From: an uncultured Thermoleophilia bacterium
GTDB taxonomy: Bacteria; Actinomycetota; Thermoleophilia; UBA2241
DNA: 64,000 bases
Reading direction: 5' to 3'
Assembly: GCA_963762125.1 (NCBI GenBank)
Contig: CAVXJO010000001.1
Coordinates: 72,610 to 136,609, forward strand
Of this stretch, positions 10,935 to 19,999 are shown piece after piece; within the stretch, counting starts at the first letter, position 1; each line of letters opens with the position of its first letter. The translations under genes were made by a program, and so were the position numbers. The notes beneath the pieces were generated by a model, which saw only the letters and a list, made by a program, of their open reading frames with translations, made no database searches and had not been told where the DNA came from.

Positions 10935-11378
10935 ATGAAGTACAGCTCAGCCCAACTCGGCCGCGCCCTCGTCATTCGCCTCGAGGACGGGGATGTCGTC
11001 CACGAGTGTATCGAGGAGGCCGCCCTGGCGGAAGGCATCGCGCGCGCCGCGGTCGTCCTGCTCGGCAGCGCCGGCGGCGGCAGCCGCATCATCGTCGGTC
11101 CAGAGGACGGGGACGCGCGGCCGGTCGTGCCCATGGAGCGTGTCCTGCATGACGTGCACGAGATGGCCGGGGCCGGGACGATCTTCCCCGACGAGGGCGG
11201 CCGGCCGGTGCTGCATCTGCACGCGGCCTTCGGCCGCGATGACAAGGTGACCGCCGGCTGCATCCGTACGGGCGTCAAGACGTGGGTCGTCGTCGAGGCC
11301 GTGGTGATCGAGCTCACCGGCAGCGAGGCGACGCGGCGCATCGACCCGGCCACCGGCTTCGAGCTGCTCGACGCCTGA
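10935..11378 (+). CDS. PPC domain (DUF296) protein, predicted DNA-binding
   Basis: 147 aa. Reading matches the DUF296/PCC fold (RLEDGDVVHECIEEAA...GSAGG...LHLHAAFG). Confidence 0.65.
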   Translation: MKYSSAQLGRALVIRLEDGDVVHECIEEAALAEGIARAAVVLLGSAGGGSRIIVGPEDGDARPVVPMERVLHDVHEMAGAGTIFPDEGGRPVLHLHAAFGRDDKVTAGCIRTGVKTWVVVEAVVIELTGSEATRRIDPATGFELLDA

Positions 11379-11661
11379 GACGCGGGACGCTGTCGGACGA
11401 GAAGAAGCCGGGGTGGGACCCTGAGGTCCCGCCCCGGCTTTCTCGCTCGGAGTCGGTGTCCGGCGCCGGCGCGATCCCGAGGGATCCGCCAGGTCCGTCG
11501 CCGCGTCCGAGAAACCGGTGATCGGCGGCCGGCCGCCGATTCGGGGCATTCTACACGCTTTGTCGACAGAGGCAATCCCTTTTGTCGATTGTGACGAGTC
11601 GCACATGATCGGTCCTGTCCCAAGGCCGCACAGGAGGCGCCGACGCGTGTATCCTTCGGCC

Positions 11662-13260
11662 ATGGGCGGACCGCGGAGAACTCGCTCGCTACGGCGTGGT
11701 GTCGCGCTGCTCGCCGGCTTCGGCGTGCTCGCCGTCGCCGCAGCGGCGCTGCCGCCGTCGGTCGCCGCCGCTCCCTGGAGCAGCCGCACCTACCCCAAGA
11801 AGTACGACCTGCGCACACGGGACCGCGTCACTCGCGTCGGCCTGCAGGACCACCACAGCACCTGCTGGATCTTCGCCGCCACCGGCTCGCTCGAGTCCCG
11901 TCTTCTGCCCGGAGCCAGGCTTGACCTGTCGGAGAACCATATGGCTGACTTCCAAGGGTCGCGCCTGCGCTTCGAGGGACGCGCCCCGAGCACCATCTCG
12001 ACGGCCTACGTCGCCCGCTGGGAGGGCCCCGTGCTGGAGCGCGACGACCCGTATCCGCACCCCGGTGCGTCTCGAGAAGGGCTGCGCGCCGTGCGCCACG
12101 TGCAGGAGGTGCTGTTCCTGCCGCCCCACAGCGACCCGCGCGCCAACGCGGCGATCAAGTGGGCGGTGATGAAGTACGGCGCGGTCGACGCCACGATGGC
12201 CTACGAGCACAAGGACTTCAACGCCGCCACGGGCGCTTACTACTCGCGCGGCAGCGACCTGGACCACCACGTCTGCATCGTCGGCTGGAACGATGCCTAC
12301 CCGGCCGGGCGCTTTCTGCGCCGGCCTCCCGGCCCCGGCGCGTTCCTCATCAAGAACAGCTGGGGGACCAGCTACGGTCAGGGCGGCTACTTCTGGATCT
12401 CCTACTACGACCGGTCGCTGGGCACGACGCTCACGGTGTTCGACGGCGTCGAGGGCGTAGCCAACCACGACGCCATCTACCAGCACGACGCGCTCGGCTG
12501 GTCGAAGAGCATCGGCTACCAGAGCACGACGGCGTGGTTCGCCGCCCGGTACACGAGCGGCGGCGACGGCAGTGTGACCGCCGTGAGCCTCTACACGGCG
12601 AAGCCTGGCGCGACCTACGAGGTCCGCGTCGCGCCGGCGCTGGCCGCCGTCCCGGGGGCGCCGGTGGCCGCCAGTGGCACACTCGCCGTCGGCGGGTATC
12701 ACACCATCGACCTGACCACCTCGGTGGCGGTGACGGACGGCGCCGACTTCGTGGTCGCCGTCCGCCTGACCACGCCGGGCTCCCGTGCGCCTATCCCCGT
12801 CGAGCACCCGACCAAGCTGCTGGCGCCCCGGGCCGCAGCCGCGCGCTCCTTCATCAGCCGCGACGGCGAGACGTGGCAGGACCTCCGGACCAAGCCGGGC
12901 TTCGCCACCTCCGACGTCTGCCTCAAGGCGTTCGTCGACTCGGCCGGCGCCCGCGACTCGGCGGCCCCGCGTGTGCGGCTCGAGCCGGCGACGGCTCATC
13001 CCGGCGCCGGCACGCGCATCCGCTTCACGCTCACCGACCCGGCGTTCTCGAGCGGCAGCGCCGTGGTGAAGCTCTGGTTGCGGGACTCGAGCGGACGCGT
13101 GCTGCGCCGGCTGCGCATCCCCGCGGTGACGGTGAACGAGCGCGACACGTGGCGGTTCGCCGCGCCGGCCAGGCGCGGCGTCTACAGGATCGTCGCCCGC
13201 GCCTGGGACGTGGCCGGCCACCGCTCAGTGCTCACGCGCACCGATCTGCGGGTGCGCTAG
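11662..13260 (+). CDS. secreted papain-like cysteine peptidase (C1 family) with C-terminal Ig-like domain
   Basis: Signal peptide, then the C1 active-site context QDHHSTCWIFAATGSLESR (Gln-x5-Cys-Trp), downstream His (HHVCIVGWND) and NSWG. C-terminal ~150 aa is beta-sandwich-like. Confidence 0.75.
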   Translation: MGGPRRTRSLRRGVALLAGFGVLAVAAAALPPSVAAAPWSSRTYPKKYDLRTRDRVTRVGLQDHHSTCWIFAATGSLESRLLPGARLDLSENHMADFQGSRLRFEGRAPSTISTAYVARWEGPVLERDDPYPHPGASREGLRAVRHVQEVLFLPPHSDPRANAAIKWAVMKYGAVDATMAYEHKDFNAATGAYYSRGSDLDHHVCIVGWNDAYPAGRFLRRPPGPGAFLIKNSWGTSYGQGGYFWISYYDRSLGTTLTVFDGVEGVANHDAIYQHDALGWSKSIGYQSTTAWFAARYTSGGDGSVTAVSLYTAKPGATYEVRVAPALAAVPGAPVAASGTLAVGGYHTIDLTTSVAVTDGADFVVAVRLTTPGSRAPIPVEHPTKLLAPRAAAARSFISRDGETWQDLRTKPGFATSDVCLKAFVDSAGARDSAAPRVRLEPATAHPGAGTRIRFTLTDPAFSSGSAVVKLWLRDSSGRVLRRLRIPAVTVNERDTWRFAAPARRGVYRIVARAWDVAGHRSVLTRTDLRVR

Positions 13261-13425
13261 CGAAGCCGCCCGTCATGCCTCCGCCGGCGCACGCGGCTGG
13301 CCGACGCGAACGCCATCTGGCTCTACGATCACGCGCCGCTCGGGACCCCGGTCGGGAACGTGCGCCGAACCCGGGCCCTCGTGGCTTGAGTGATGCGCCG
13401 CGCCGGACGCGGGGCGGCACGTGAA

Positions 13426-13457
13426 GAGGGCGGGGAGTGCACGCACTCCCCGCCCTC
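13426..13457. terminator. GC-rich perfect hairpin (14-bp stem, 4-nt loop) between convergent C1 peptidase and cooS
   Basis: gagggcggggagtg-cacg-cactccccgccctc. No U-tract on either strand, so intrinsic-terminator function is uncertain. Confidence 0.25.
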
Positions 13458-13507
13458 AGGCGCTCCGGGCCTGGGCTCGCTGGCCGGCGTGCCCTGCCCG
13501 GGGCGCC

Positions 13508-13536
13508 GGGTCAGACGTCGGTCTGACCCGTTTCTG
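13508..13536 (+). terminator. candidate intrinsic terminator hairpin (9-bp stem) followed by gtttctg
   Basis: gggtcagac-gtcg-gtctgaccc then GTTTCT. Lies in the convergent intergenic region, 20 nt from the cooS stop. Confidence 0.3.
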
Positions 13537-13550
13537 CGCTCGCGCGCGAC

Positions 13551-15416
13551 TCAGATGCCGAGCGCCTCGCGCTTGCCCTCTATCCACGCCAGCATCGCGG
13601 CGACGGCTTCCTTTGCGTCGGTCTCTACCGCTAGTTTGCCGCCGGTGACGCCTGGCAGGTCCTGCGTCACGAGCTTGACAAGGTTCGGCGCGCCGGTGAC
13701 GAAGGGCACCGGGTTCACGTGCGTGTACAGGCCGAAGGCCAGCGCGGCCATGGCGTCGATGGTGGCCTTCTGCTCCATGTACTCGGGGGCGGTGGCGACC
13801 ACCGGCAGATCGCAGGTGTCGACGCCGAGGGCGTCGGCGATGGCGCCGACCAGCAGCAGGATGCGGCCGGTGTCTGTGCAGGTGCCGAAGCTGAGCACCG
13901 GCGGGATGCCGAGCAGCTCGCAGACCGCGGTGAGGCCGGGGCCGGCGTACTTCTTGGCCTCCGCCGTCTCGAGTCCGGCGACCTGGAGGCCGGCGTTGCC
14001 GCAGCCCATGGCCAGCACCAGCACGTCGTTCTTGATGAGCTCTTTGGCGATGGCGACGGTGTGGCTGTCCTGGTCGGAGTCGCGCAATGTGGTGCAACTC
14101 ACGAGGCCACAGACGCCCTTGAGCGTGCCGTTCTTGATCACGTCGAGCAGCGGGTCGAGGCTGCCGCCGAGAGCGCCGAGGATGCTCTCGGTGCTGAAGC
14201 CGGCCACGGCGTCGCCGGTGCGCAGGTCGGGCGTGACCTGACCCAGCGCCTGACGCAGGGGGAAGTTGGCGATGGCGAGGTCGATGAGCTGCTTCGCCTG
14301 GTCACCGGCGGTCGCGGCGTCGAAGACGATCGGCGTCTCGGCGCCGTCGACGCCGACGAGGTCGCTCACCGGGACGAGGAGGGTGCCGTGCGCGGCGCAG
14401 GTGGCGCCCAGAGTCGGCACGACGCAGTTCATGTCGGCGGCGAAGACGTCGAGGCCGCCCGTGGCCACCGCGAGCTCCTCGGTCAGCCAGTTGCCGGTGA
14501 GCCCGACGAAGACGTCGTCGACCTCGAAGCGCTGCACCAGCTCCTGGCCGGTCTCGATGGAGCCGACGATGCGCAGTCCTTTGGCGCCGGCGGCCTTCGC
14601 CTTCTGCTGAGCGGCGGGCTCGTGAGCGGCGTCGATCAGCGCCGCGCCGATCATCGGCTCGTGGCCGTTCACGGCGATGTTGACGTACTCGGGGTCGATG
14701 ATGCCGAGGTCCACCTTGATCGCGTGCGGCGCCGGCGTGCCCCAGAGCGCGTCCTGGGCGAGCTCGAGCGGGATCTGCGCGCCGTAGGCGGTGGCGATGC
14801 CGAGGCGCAGGCCCTTGAGGGCGAGGCTCACGTAGCTGCCGTCGACGTTGGTCAGGCAACTGGAAGTGGCGAACATGTTCTCGTGGAGGACGCCACCCGG
14901 CATGATGCCGAGCTCCTTCCACTTCGCGACGCGCTTGGCAGGGGCCATCTTCTCGACGAACGGCGAGGGGCTCTGGTGGTCGCGGTTGAACTCCGCGAGG
15001 ATCGCGTCGGCGACGCGCTTGGGCAGCGTGTCGCGCGGCTCTGCGGCCTCGCCGACGACGCCGGCGAGCAGTTCGAGTTTGCTCCAATCCTTGATCTCGT
15101 AGGTGCCGCCGGGCTTCGCCTGCGCGAGGGTCTTCATCACCTCGACGGCGTGGTAGGTGTAGGTGGCGGTGCCCATCGTGTTCTGCAGCAGGAAGTTGCG
15201 CATCGCCATGCCGTCGGCGTCGATGCCGCAGACGCCGCGCGGTGACTTCTCGGTGAGGCGGCAGGGACCCTGCGAGCACAACGAGCAGCGGATGCCCTGC
15301 TCGCAGAACCTGCAGCGCGTGCCCATGTCGTCCATGCGGTCGAACGAGGTGCTCTCGCCGGCCTCCCTGGACTCCTCGAGCATGGTGTGTACGGACGCGT
15401 GATAGCTGTCTGCCAT
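13551..15416 (-). CDS. cooS: anaerobic carbon-monoxide dehydrogenase catalytic subunit (Ni-CODH, CooS)
   Basis: N-terminal Cys pattern CRFCEQGIRCSLCSQGPCRL...RGVCGIDAD matches the CooS B/D-cluster region. Length (621 aa) fits CooS rather than Hcp. AGGAGGG RBS 5 nt before the chosen ATG. The upstream in-frame extension overlaps the ferredoxin gene and was rejected. Confidence 0.8.
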   Translation of the reverse strand: MADSYHASVHTMLEESREAGESTSFDRMDDMGTRCRFCEQGIRCSLCSQGPCRLTEKSPRGVCGIDADGMAMRNFLLQNTMGTATYTYHAVEVMKTLAQAKPGGTYEIKDWSKLELLAGVVGEAAEPRDTLPKRVADAILAEFNRDHQSPSPFVEKMAPAKRVAKWKELGIMPGGVLHENMFATSSCLTNVDGSYVSLALKGLRLGIATAYGAQIPLELAQDALWGTPAPHAIKVDLGIIDPEYVNIAVNGHEPMIGAALIDAAHEPAAQQKAKAAGAKGLRIVGSIETGQELVQRFEVDDVFVGLTGNWLTEELAVATGGLDVFAADMNCVVPTLGATCAAHGTLLVPVSDLVGVDGAETPIVFDAATAGDQAKQLIDLAIANFPLRQALGQVTPDLRTGDAVAGFSTESILGALGGSLDPLLDVIKNGTLKGVCGLVSCTTLRDSDQDSHTVAIAKELIKNDVLVLAMGCGNAGLQVAGLETAEAKKYAGPGLTAVCELLGIPPVLSFGTCTDTGRILLLVGAIADALGVDTCDLPVVATAPEYMEQKATIDAMAALAFGLYTHVNPVPFVTGAPNLVKLVTQDLPGVTGGKLAVETDAKEAVAAMLAWIEGKREALGI

Positions 15417-15526
15417 GGATCCCTCCTGGGGATGGATGTCAGGCGCCGGAGGCGCCGTGATGACTGTGGCTGTGAGGAAGGCGCGCCCGCCAGCGGCCGC
15501 GCGCCCGGTGTGCTCGCGAGCCGGCG

Positions 15527-15910
15527 TCAGCCGTGGATGAGCGCCGGCAGGCACTTGACGCAGACCCAGGTGCTCTCGCCCTTGGTGCGGGCGGGGAACA
15601 GGATGGCGTCGTTCTCGCTGCGGCCGCAGTTCATGCACTTCTGCTCGATGGTGACGTGAGCGGCAAGCTTCTCCGCCACCTTCTCGGCGGCGGCATCTTC
15701 GTCGAACGCTGGGGCGTCACGCTTCTCCACGGTGAGGGCTCCTTCGGGGCAGACGGCGAGGCAGAAGCCGGCGCCGTCGCACAGCTCCTCTTTGACGACC
15801 TTGGCCTTGCCGTCGATGATCTCGATCGCGCCTTCGGCGCACGGGGTGACGCAGACGCCACACCCGGTACAGAGGTCTTCGTCGATCTTCACGATGCTGC
15901 GGACTGCCAT
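15527..15910 (-). CDS. 4Fe-4S dicluster ferredoxin (CooF-like electron carrier)
   Basis: Two CxxCxxCxxxCP motifs (CTGCGVCVTPC, CDGAGFCLAVCP) plus a C-terminal CxxC...CxxC tail. Immediately upstream of cooS on the same strand. Confidence 0.8.
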   Translation of the reverse strand: MAVRSIVKIDEDLCTGCGVCVTPCAEGAIEIIDGKAKVVKEELCDGAGFCLAVCPEGALTVEKRDAPAFDEDAAAEKVAEKLAAHVTIEQKCMNCGRSENDAILFPARTKGESTWVCVKCLPALIHG

Positions 15911-16023
15911 GCACTGCTCGCTTTCGCGTGGTTTTCACGATAGTGACAGTGTCAAAGGTAGCGCGGACAAGCCTTCGGTACCATTGACCTGCGTCAAGGG
16001 CACGGTGGCGAGCTCGACTGGTG

Positions 16024-16251
16024 CTAGCCGGGAGGGGCCTTGACCCGCCGCGCCGTCTCCTCCACGCGATGCGCCCTGGTCTCTGGCCGTTTGGCCTCGA
16101 GGATCCAGTCGATGTACTCGCGACGATGCGACGGCGGCAGCGCCGCGAAGGCCGCCGCCGCCTCGGGGTCGTCGTGCAGTTCGATCTGCAGGTCGTGGGG
16201 GACGGGGATCTCAGCACGCGGCGTTGCGTGGTCCTGATCTTCTTCGCTCAC
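16024..16251 (-). CDS. YdeI/OmpD-associated family protein (DUF1801-like)
   Basis: 75 aa. The C-terminal motif PPSHRREYIDWILEAKRPETRAHRVEE is typical of this family. Confidence 0.55.
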   Translation of the reverse strand: MSEEDQDHATPRAEIPVPHDLQIELHDDPEAAAAFAALPPSHRREYIDWILEAKRPETRAHRVEETARRVKAPPG

Positions 16252-16266
16252 ACGACCTCCTGATGG

Positions 16267-16752
16267 TCATGCGGCTTTCGCGTCGCTGGTCTCCCCTCCG
16301 ATCCGCTCACGGATGTCGTGCACGGTCGCGTTGGCGCGCTGCGCCGTCTGGTCGGCGACCCGCATCATGCTCCGCCGGCTGCGCGGCCAGGCGAGCGCGA
16401 TGCCGATGCCGATCGAGCTGATGAGCAGCCCTGTGCCGATCACGGCCATGCGCAGGAAGCTGCGCGGCCGGACGTCGGCGCGCACGCGGCCGGCGCCGCT
16501 CTGGGCCGACGTGAGCATGCGCTGGACGTCACGCCGGAGGCGCTGGTCGGAGCGGATGTGGCTCATGAGGTTGTTGGCCGAGCGGATGAAGTCGCCGGCG
16601 TCGTCGCGCAACTCGTCATCCGTCGCCAGCCGCCGGACGTAAGGGGCCGTGGTCGCCGCCACGCCGGTCACTCGCCCGATGGTCCGCAATCTGCTGATGC
16701 TTGCCATGGTGACCCACCGTCCTCCCATGAGGTCGGATTTCCGCTGATACAT
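16267..16752 (-). CDS. hypothetical membrane-anchored protein
   Basis: ORF with one predicted TM helix (AVIGTGLLISSIGIGIALAW). No recognisable domain. Start uncertain (M1, M9 or M17). Confidence 0.35.
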   Translation of the reverse strand: MYQRKSDLMGGRWVTMASISRLRTIGRVTGVAATTAPYVRRLATDDELRDDAGDFIRSANNLMSHIRSDQRLRRDVQRMLTSAQSGAGRVRADVRPRSFLRMAVIGTGLLISSIGIGIALAWPRSRRSMMRVADQTAQRANATVHDIRERIGGETSDAKAA

Positions 16753-16792
16753 GGGATGTTCCCGATCCGCCGGGACGGGTCACGGTGGGGCG

Positions 16793-18094
16793 TCAACGTC
16801 TGCCGGCGGCGTGGAACAGCTCCGGCAGGCTGACGGACGTGTATCCGCGGGCGCGCAGGCCGTGCAGGATCGCCGGCAGCGCCGCCATGGTCGTCGTGCG
16901 CACGTGCAGGCCGATGATCGCGCCCGAGTGCACGTGAGAGAGTGTGTTGGCGGCGATGGTGCTCGCGCCGTAACCGCGCCAGTCGCCCGGGTCCACATCC
17001 CACATGATCACGTGCTTGAAGCCGGCGGAGCCCGCCGCGGCCACGGTGGTCTGGTTGCGGTCGCCGTAGGGCGGCCTCATCCAGCCGACCGGCGTGGCCT
17101 TGGCGGCGCGCCACCACGGCGCCTCGCTTGAGATGAGCTCCCGGCGCACGCCGTCGTAGCCCTGGGTCGTCATCGGCGCGTGCGTCCAGCCGTGCGAGCC
17201 GATGCCGTGTCCCTCTCGCACCGCGCGTCGCGCCACGCGGGGCGCGGCGGAGACGTAGGGGCCCAGGATGAAGAACGTGGCGTGCATGCGGTACTTCTTC
17301 AATGTGTCGAGCATGCGCGCCCACACCCAAGCGGGGCCGCCGTCGTCGAACGTGAGCGCGACGCGTTTCCCGGCGCCCTTGACGTTGTGGGTGACCGAGG
17401 CGCGCACGGGGTGGTAGTCGCGAACGACGAGAGGCCGGGTGACTGTGCGGTTGCCGGCCTGGTCGGTGAACGTGAGCGTGATGCGGAAGAGCCCGGGGAC
17501 GAAGGCCTTGCCGTTGCCGTAGCGATCAGGGACGGTGATGGTCCGGGAGCCCTCGCCGACGCTGAGGCCGCGCCCGCGACGGGCCGGGTACCCGTACTGG
17601 TCGACTACCGTGTAGGAGAGCCGGGCGCCGCCCGAGATGTCGGTGAGGGTGAAGCGGATGCCGACCGGTTGTACGCGGCGCAGCACCTCCGCGCGCAGCC
17701 TCAGCTTGGCGATCACCGGCGGCCGCGTGTCGATCTTGACCGCCACCGTCTGCGCCGTCTCCATGCGGCCCTCGGCGTCCACCGACCAGAAGGTGAGGAC
17801 GTGCTCGCCGTCGTTGGCGTGGGTGCTCGGCGCCTCGATGACCACCTCGGTGGTCGCCGCCGGGGCGCCGCCGTCGATCTGCACGAAGGTGTCGGCCACC
17901 GCCGCGACGGAGCTCTCGGCGGTGAACCTGACGGAGACGGCGTCGTTGTGCCAGCGTGCGTCCACACCGTGCGCGACGGTCACGGGCGGCGGCCCCTCCA
18001 GCGCAACCGGGGAGGGTGACGGCGGACGGACGTCGGAGTCTCCGGGCCCGGCCGCCGCCGCCGCGGCTGCGGTCGCCAACACCACCAGCAGCAC
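16793..18094 (-). CDS. secreted polysaccharide deacetylase (NodB domain) with N-terminal Ig-like domains; paralog of 4886..6262
   Basis: Same architecture and motifs as the paralog (WHNDAVSVRFTAES..., ALTFDDG, HGWTH, RPPYG, WDVDPGDW). Alignable along the full length with the first copy. Confidence 0.75.
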   Translation of the reverse strand: MLLVVLATAAAAAAAGPGDSDVRPPSPSPVALEGPPPVTVAHGVDARWHNDAVSVRFTAESSVAAVADTFVQIDGGAPAATTEVVIEAPSTHANDGEHVLTFWSVDAEGRMETAQTVAVKIDTRPPVIAKLRLRAEVLRRVQPVGIRFTLTDISGGARLSYTVVDQYGYPARRGRGLSVGEGSRTITVPDRYGNGKAFVPGLFRITLTFTDQAGNRTVTRPLVVRDYHPVRASVTHNVKGAGKRVALTFDDGGPAWVWARMLDTLKKYRMHATFFILGPYVSAAPRVARRAVREGHGIGSHGWTHAPMTTQGYDGVRRELISSEAPWWRAAKATPVGWMRPPYGDRNQTTVAAAGSAGFKHVIMWDVDPGDWRGYGASTIAANTLSHVHSGAIIGLHVRTTTMAALPAILHGLRARGYTSVSLPELFHAAGRR

Positions 18095-18214
18095 ACAGAC
18101 GAGAACCAGCGCGCGCGCTACGATCTCTCCCTCCCGTTCTCGGATCAGGCCGGCGCGATCACGCAGCAGCGCTCCACCGGCACGCCTCCTGTAGGGTACT
18201 CCAGTGGGCCCAGC

Positions 18215-18928
18215 CTACTCCTGTGCCAGTCGGTGCAGCTGCTCGAAGCTCAGGATCTCGATGAGCCGGTGGTCGCCACTCATGCGGATGACCCCGGCCC
18301 GCTTGAGACGGTCGAAGGTGCGGCTGAGTGTCTCCGGCACGGTGCCGAGGCGCGCGGCGAGCTCTCGCTTGCTCACCGGGAGGTGGATGACCCGCGGCAC
18401 GTCCGGGACCTCGCCGGCGCCCTCAGCCGGCTCGAGCTGCTCGTCGGCGCGCGCCAGCAGGTACCTGGCGAGGCGCGCCGTCACCGGCAGCAGCAGCTCC
18501 TCCACGCGACGGTTAAGCAGTCCGAGCAGGTGTGCCATCGCCGCCAGCAAGTTGATGGCGAGCTGTGGCTCGGCCAGCAAGAGCGCAAGCGTCTGCTCCT
18601 TGTCGAAGCGATAGAGCAGACACTCGGTCATCGTCTCGGTGCTTGACGGATAGACCTCCTGGAACAGGGCGGCCTCCGCGAAGGTCTGTCCCGGATCCAC
18701 GTGCCGGACGGTGGCCGTGCGCCCGTCGCGCAGCAACTTGAAGACCTTGAGCCGCCCCTCGGAGAGGAGGTAGAAGGCGTCGGCGGCGTCTCCCTGCAGG
18801 AACAGGGTCTCGTCCGCGCCGAGGCGCCGCGGCTGGGCGAGGCCCGCGAGCCGCTCGAGCTGGTCCTCATCCAAGGCCCTGAACAGGGCGCCGGCGCGCA
18901 GGTCGGTCAGGATGCGGTCGCCACTCAT
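18215..18928 (-). CDS. Crp/Fnr family transcriptional regulator
   Basis: cNMP-binding beta-barrel (GETLFLQGDAADAFYLLSEGRLKV...GQTFAEAALF) and C-terminal HTH (VSKRELAARLGTVPETLSRTFDRL). Confidence 0.85.
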   Translation of the reverse strand: MSGDRILTDLRAGALFRALDEDQLERLAGLAQPRRLGADETLFLQGDAADAFYLLSEGRLKVFKLLRDGRTATVRHVDPGQTFAEAALFQEVYPSSTETMTECLLYRFDKEQTLALLLAEPQLAINLLAAMAHLLGLLNRRVEELLLPVTARLARYLLARADEQLEPAEGAGEVPDVPRVIHLPVSKRELAARLGTVPETLSRTFDRLKRAGVIRMSGDHRLIEILSFEQLHRLAQE

Positions 18929-18948
18929 GTCGCGAGTATAGCCGCCGT

Positions 18949-19836
18949 TCAGCTCTGTGAGGCAGTGCCCGCGGCGAGCGTCGTGGAGGCCGGCACGACG
19001 ACGATCGCGGCACGTCCTTCTAGCGGGCATTTGTACTCACAGATGCCGCAGCCGATGCAGCGGTCCGCGGCCACCCGCGGGCGCACGACCACGGCCGTGC
19101 TGCCGTCCGCGCGCGTGACCTCACGCTCGGGCCCGAGGACGACGGCCTTCTCAGGTACCGGGCACATCTCCTCGCAGACGATGCAGGGGGTGTCGGCTGC
19201 CCAGGGCAGACAGCGGTCCCTGTCGATGACCGCGACGCCGAGCACCTGAAGCGTCTCGTCCGCCCACTGCACGATGCCGACTGTCGGAGCCCAAGTCATC
19301 CCCGTCCGCTCCATTGTGTCCGCGAGGTAGACGAATCCGGGGACGACCGACGTCGTCATCGTCCGGGTGAGGAGCGACAGCGGGTCGAGGACGAGGAACG
19401 TCAGGTTGGACAGCGCGGCCAGCACGATGATCGCACCCAGGAGGACGTACTTGACGCTGCGGAGGCCCGTGGGCATGCGCCCGGCGAGCCGTCGCGCCGG
19501 GCGGAGACGCAGCCAGCCCAGCAGCGTTCCCAAAGGACAGATCCAGCCACACCAGATGCGACCGAGCACAAGGGTCAGTCCCAAGGTGATGAGGGCGAGC
19601 GCGAAGGGCGCCAGCCAGGCGCGGGCGGCGAGCATCGTCGCCAGTCCGGCGAGAGGGTCCAAGCGGAAGAAGACGTTGGCGGATGGGACCGGTTCGAGCC
19701 GCTGCAGTCCGGCGAAGAGCAGCGAGACGAAGACGACGAAGGCCGCCACCTGGACGGCGCGCCGCGCCCAACGGGCGGCTCTCCAGCGGCCCGTCCCGCG
19801 GCGGACCGGACCGGCCTTGCCCCTCTGTAGCGGCAT
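18949..19836 (-). CDS. NapH/MauN-like integral-membrane polyferredoxin (4Fe-4S binding protein)
   Basis: TM helices with the hallmark GRIWCGWICPLGTLLGW motif. Two C-terminal ferredoxin motifs (CIVCEEMCP, CIGCGICEYKCP). Start uncertain (19836 or 19869). Confidence 0.7.
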   Translation of the reverse strand: MPLQRGKAGPVRRGTGRWRAARWARRAVQVAAFVVFVSLLFAGLQRLEPVPSANVFFRLDPLAGLATMLAARAWLAPFALALITLGLTLVLGRIWCGWICPLGTLLGWLRLRPARRLAGRMPTGLRSVKYVLLGAIIVLAALSNLTFLVLDPLSLLTRTMTTSVVPGFVYLADTMERTGMTWAPTVGIVQWADETLQVLGVAVIDRDRCLPWAADTPCIVCEEMCPVPEKAVVLGPEREVTRADGSTAVVVRPRVAADRCIGCGICEYKCPLEGRAAIVVVPASTTLAAGTASQS

Positions 19837-19999
19837 CACACACCTCGTCACCGGAGGCGGTGACGCCATGGTACTCGATGGGCGCCTGACGCGAGGCGGA
19901 CGGCGCCCCCTTCTTCATCACGCGCCGTGCTCGCATCCCGAGCGACGCCGGTATGGCGTGCGGCGGCTTGACCGAGCCACGGCGCGTCGTCTAGCATCC

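Noticed and set aside
13426-13457. GC hairpin as a bidirectional intrinsic terminator
   Set aside because: The stem is perfect but neither strand has a U-tract. It is reported only as a low-confidence feature.
6401-15245. Long antisense ORFs: 6401..8053 (+), 8568..10853 (+), 11689..13221 (-), 13719..15245 (+), 14302..15279 (-) and similar
   Set aside because: They are typical GC-rich shadow ORFs opposite recQ, the S55-like peptidase, the C1 peptidase and cooS. Their translations are Arg/Gly/Ala-rich low-complexity with no motifs.
15417-15638. N-terminal 74-codon extension of the cooS ORF
   Set aside because: It overlaps the ferredoxin gene and is Arg/Pro-rich junk. The conserved CooS sequence begins at MADSYH, which has an AGGAGGG RBS.
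18215-18928. Crp/Fnr regulator as a CooA-type CO sensor
   Set aside because: Only the genomic context supports this. No N-terminal Pro/His heme-ligand pattern can be asserted from sequence alone. It is kept as a speculation inside the CODH finding.
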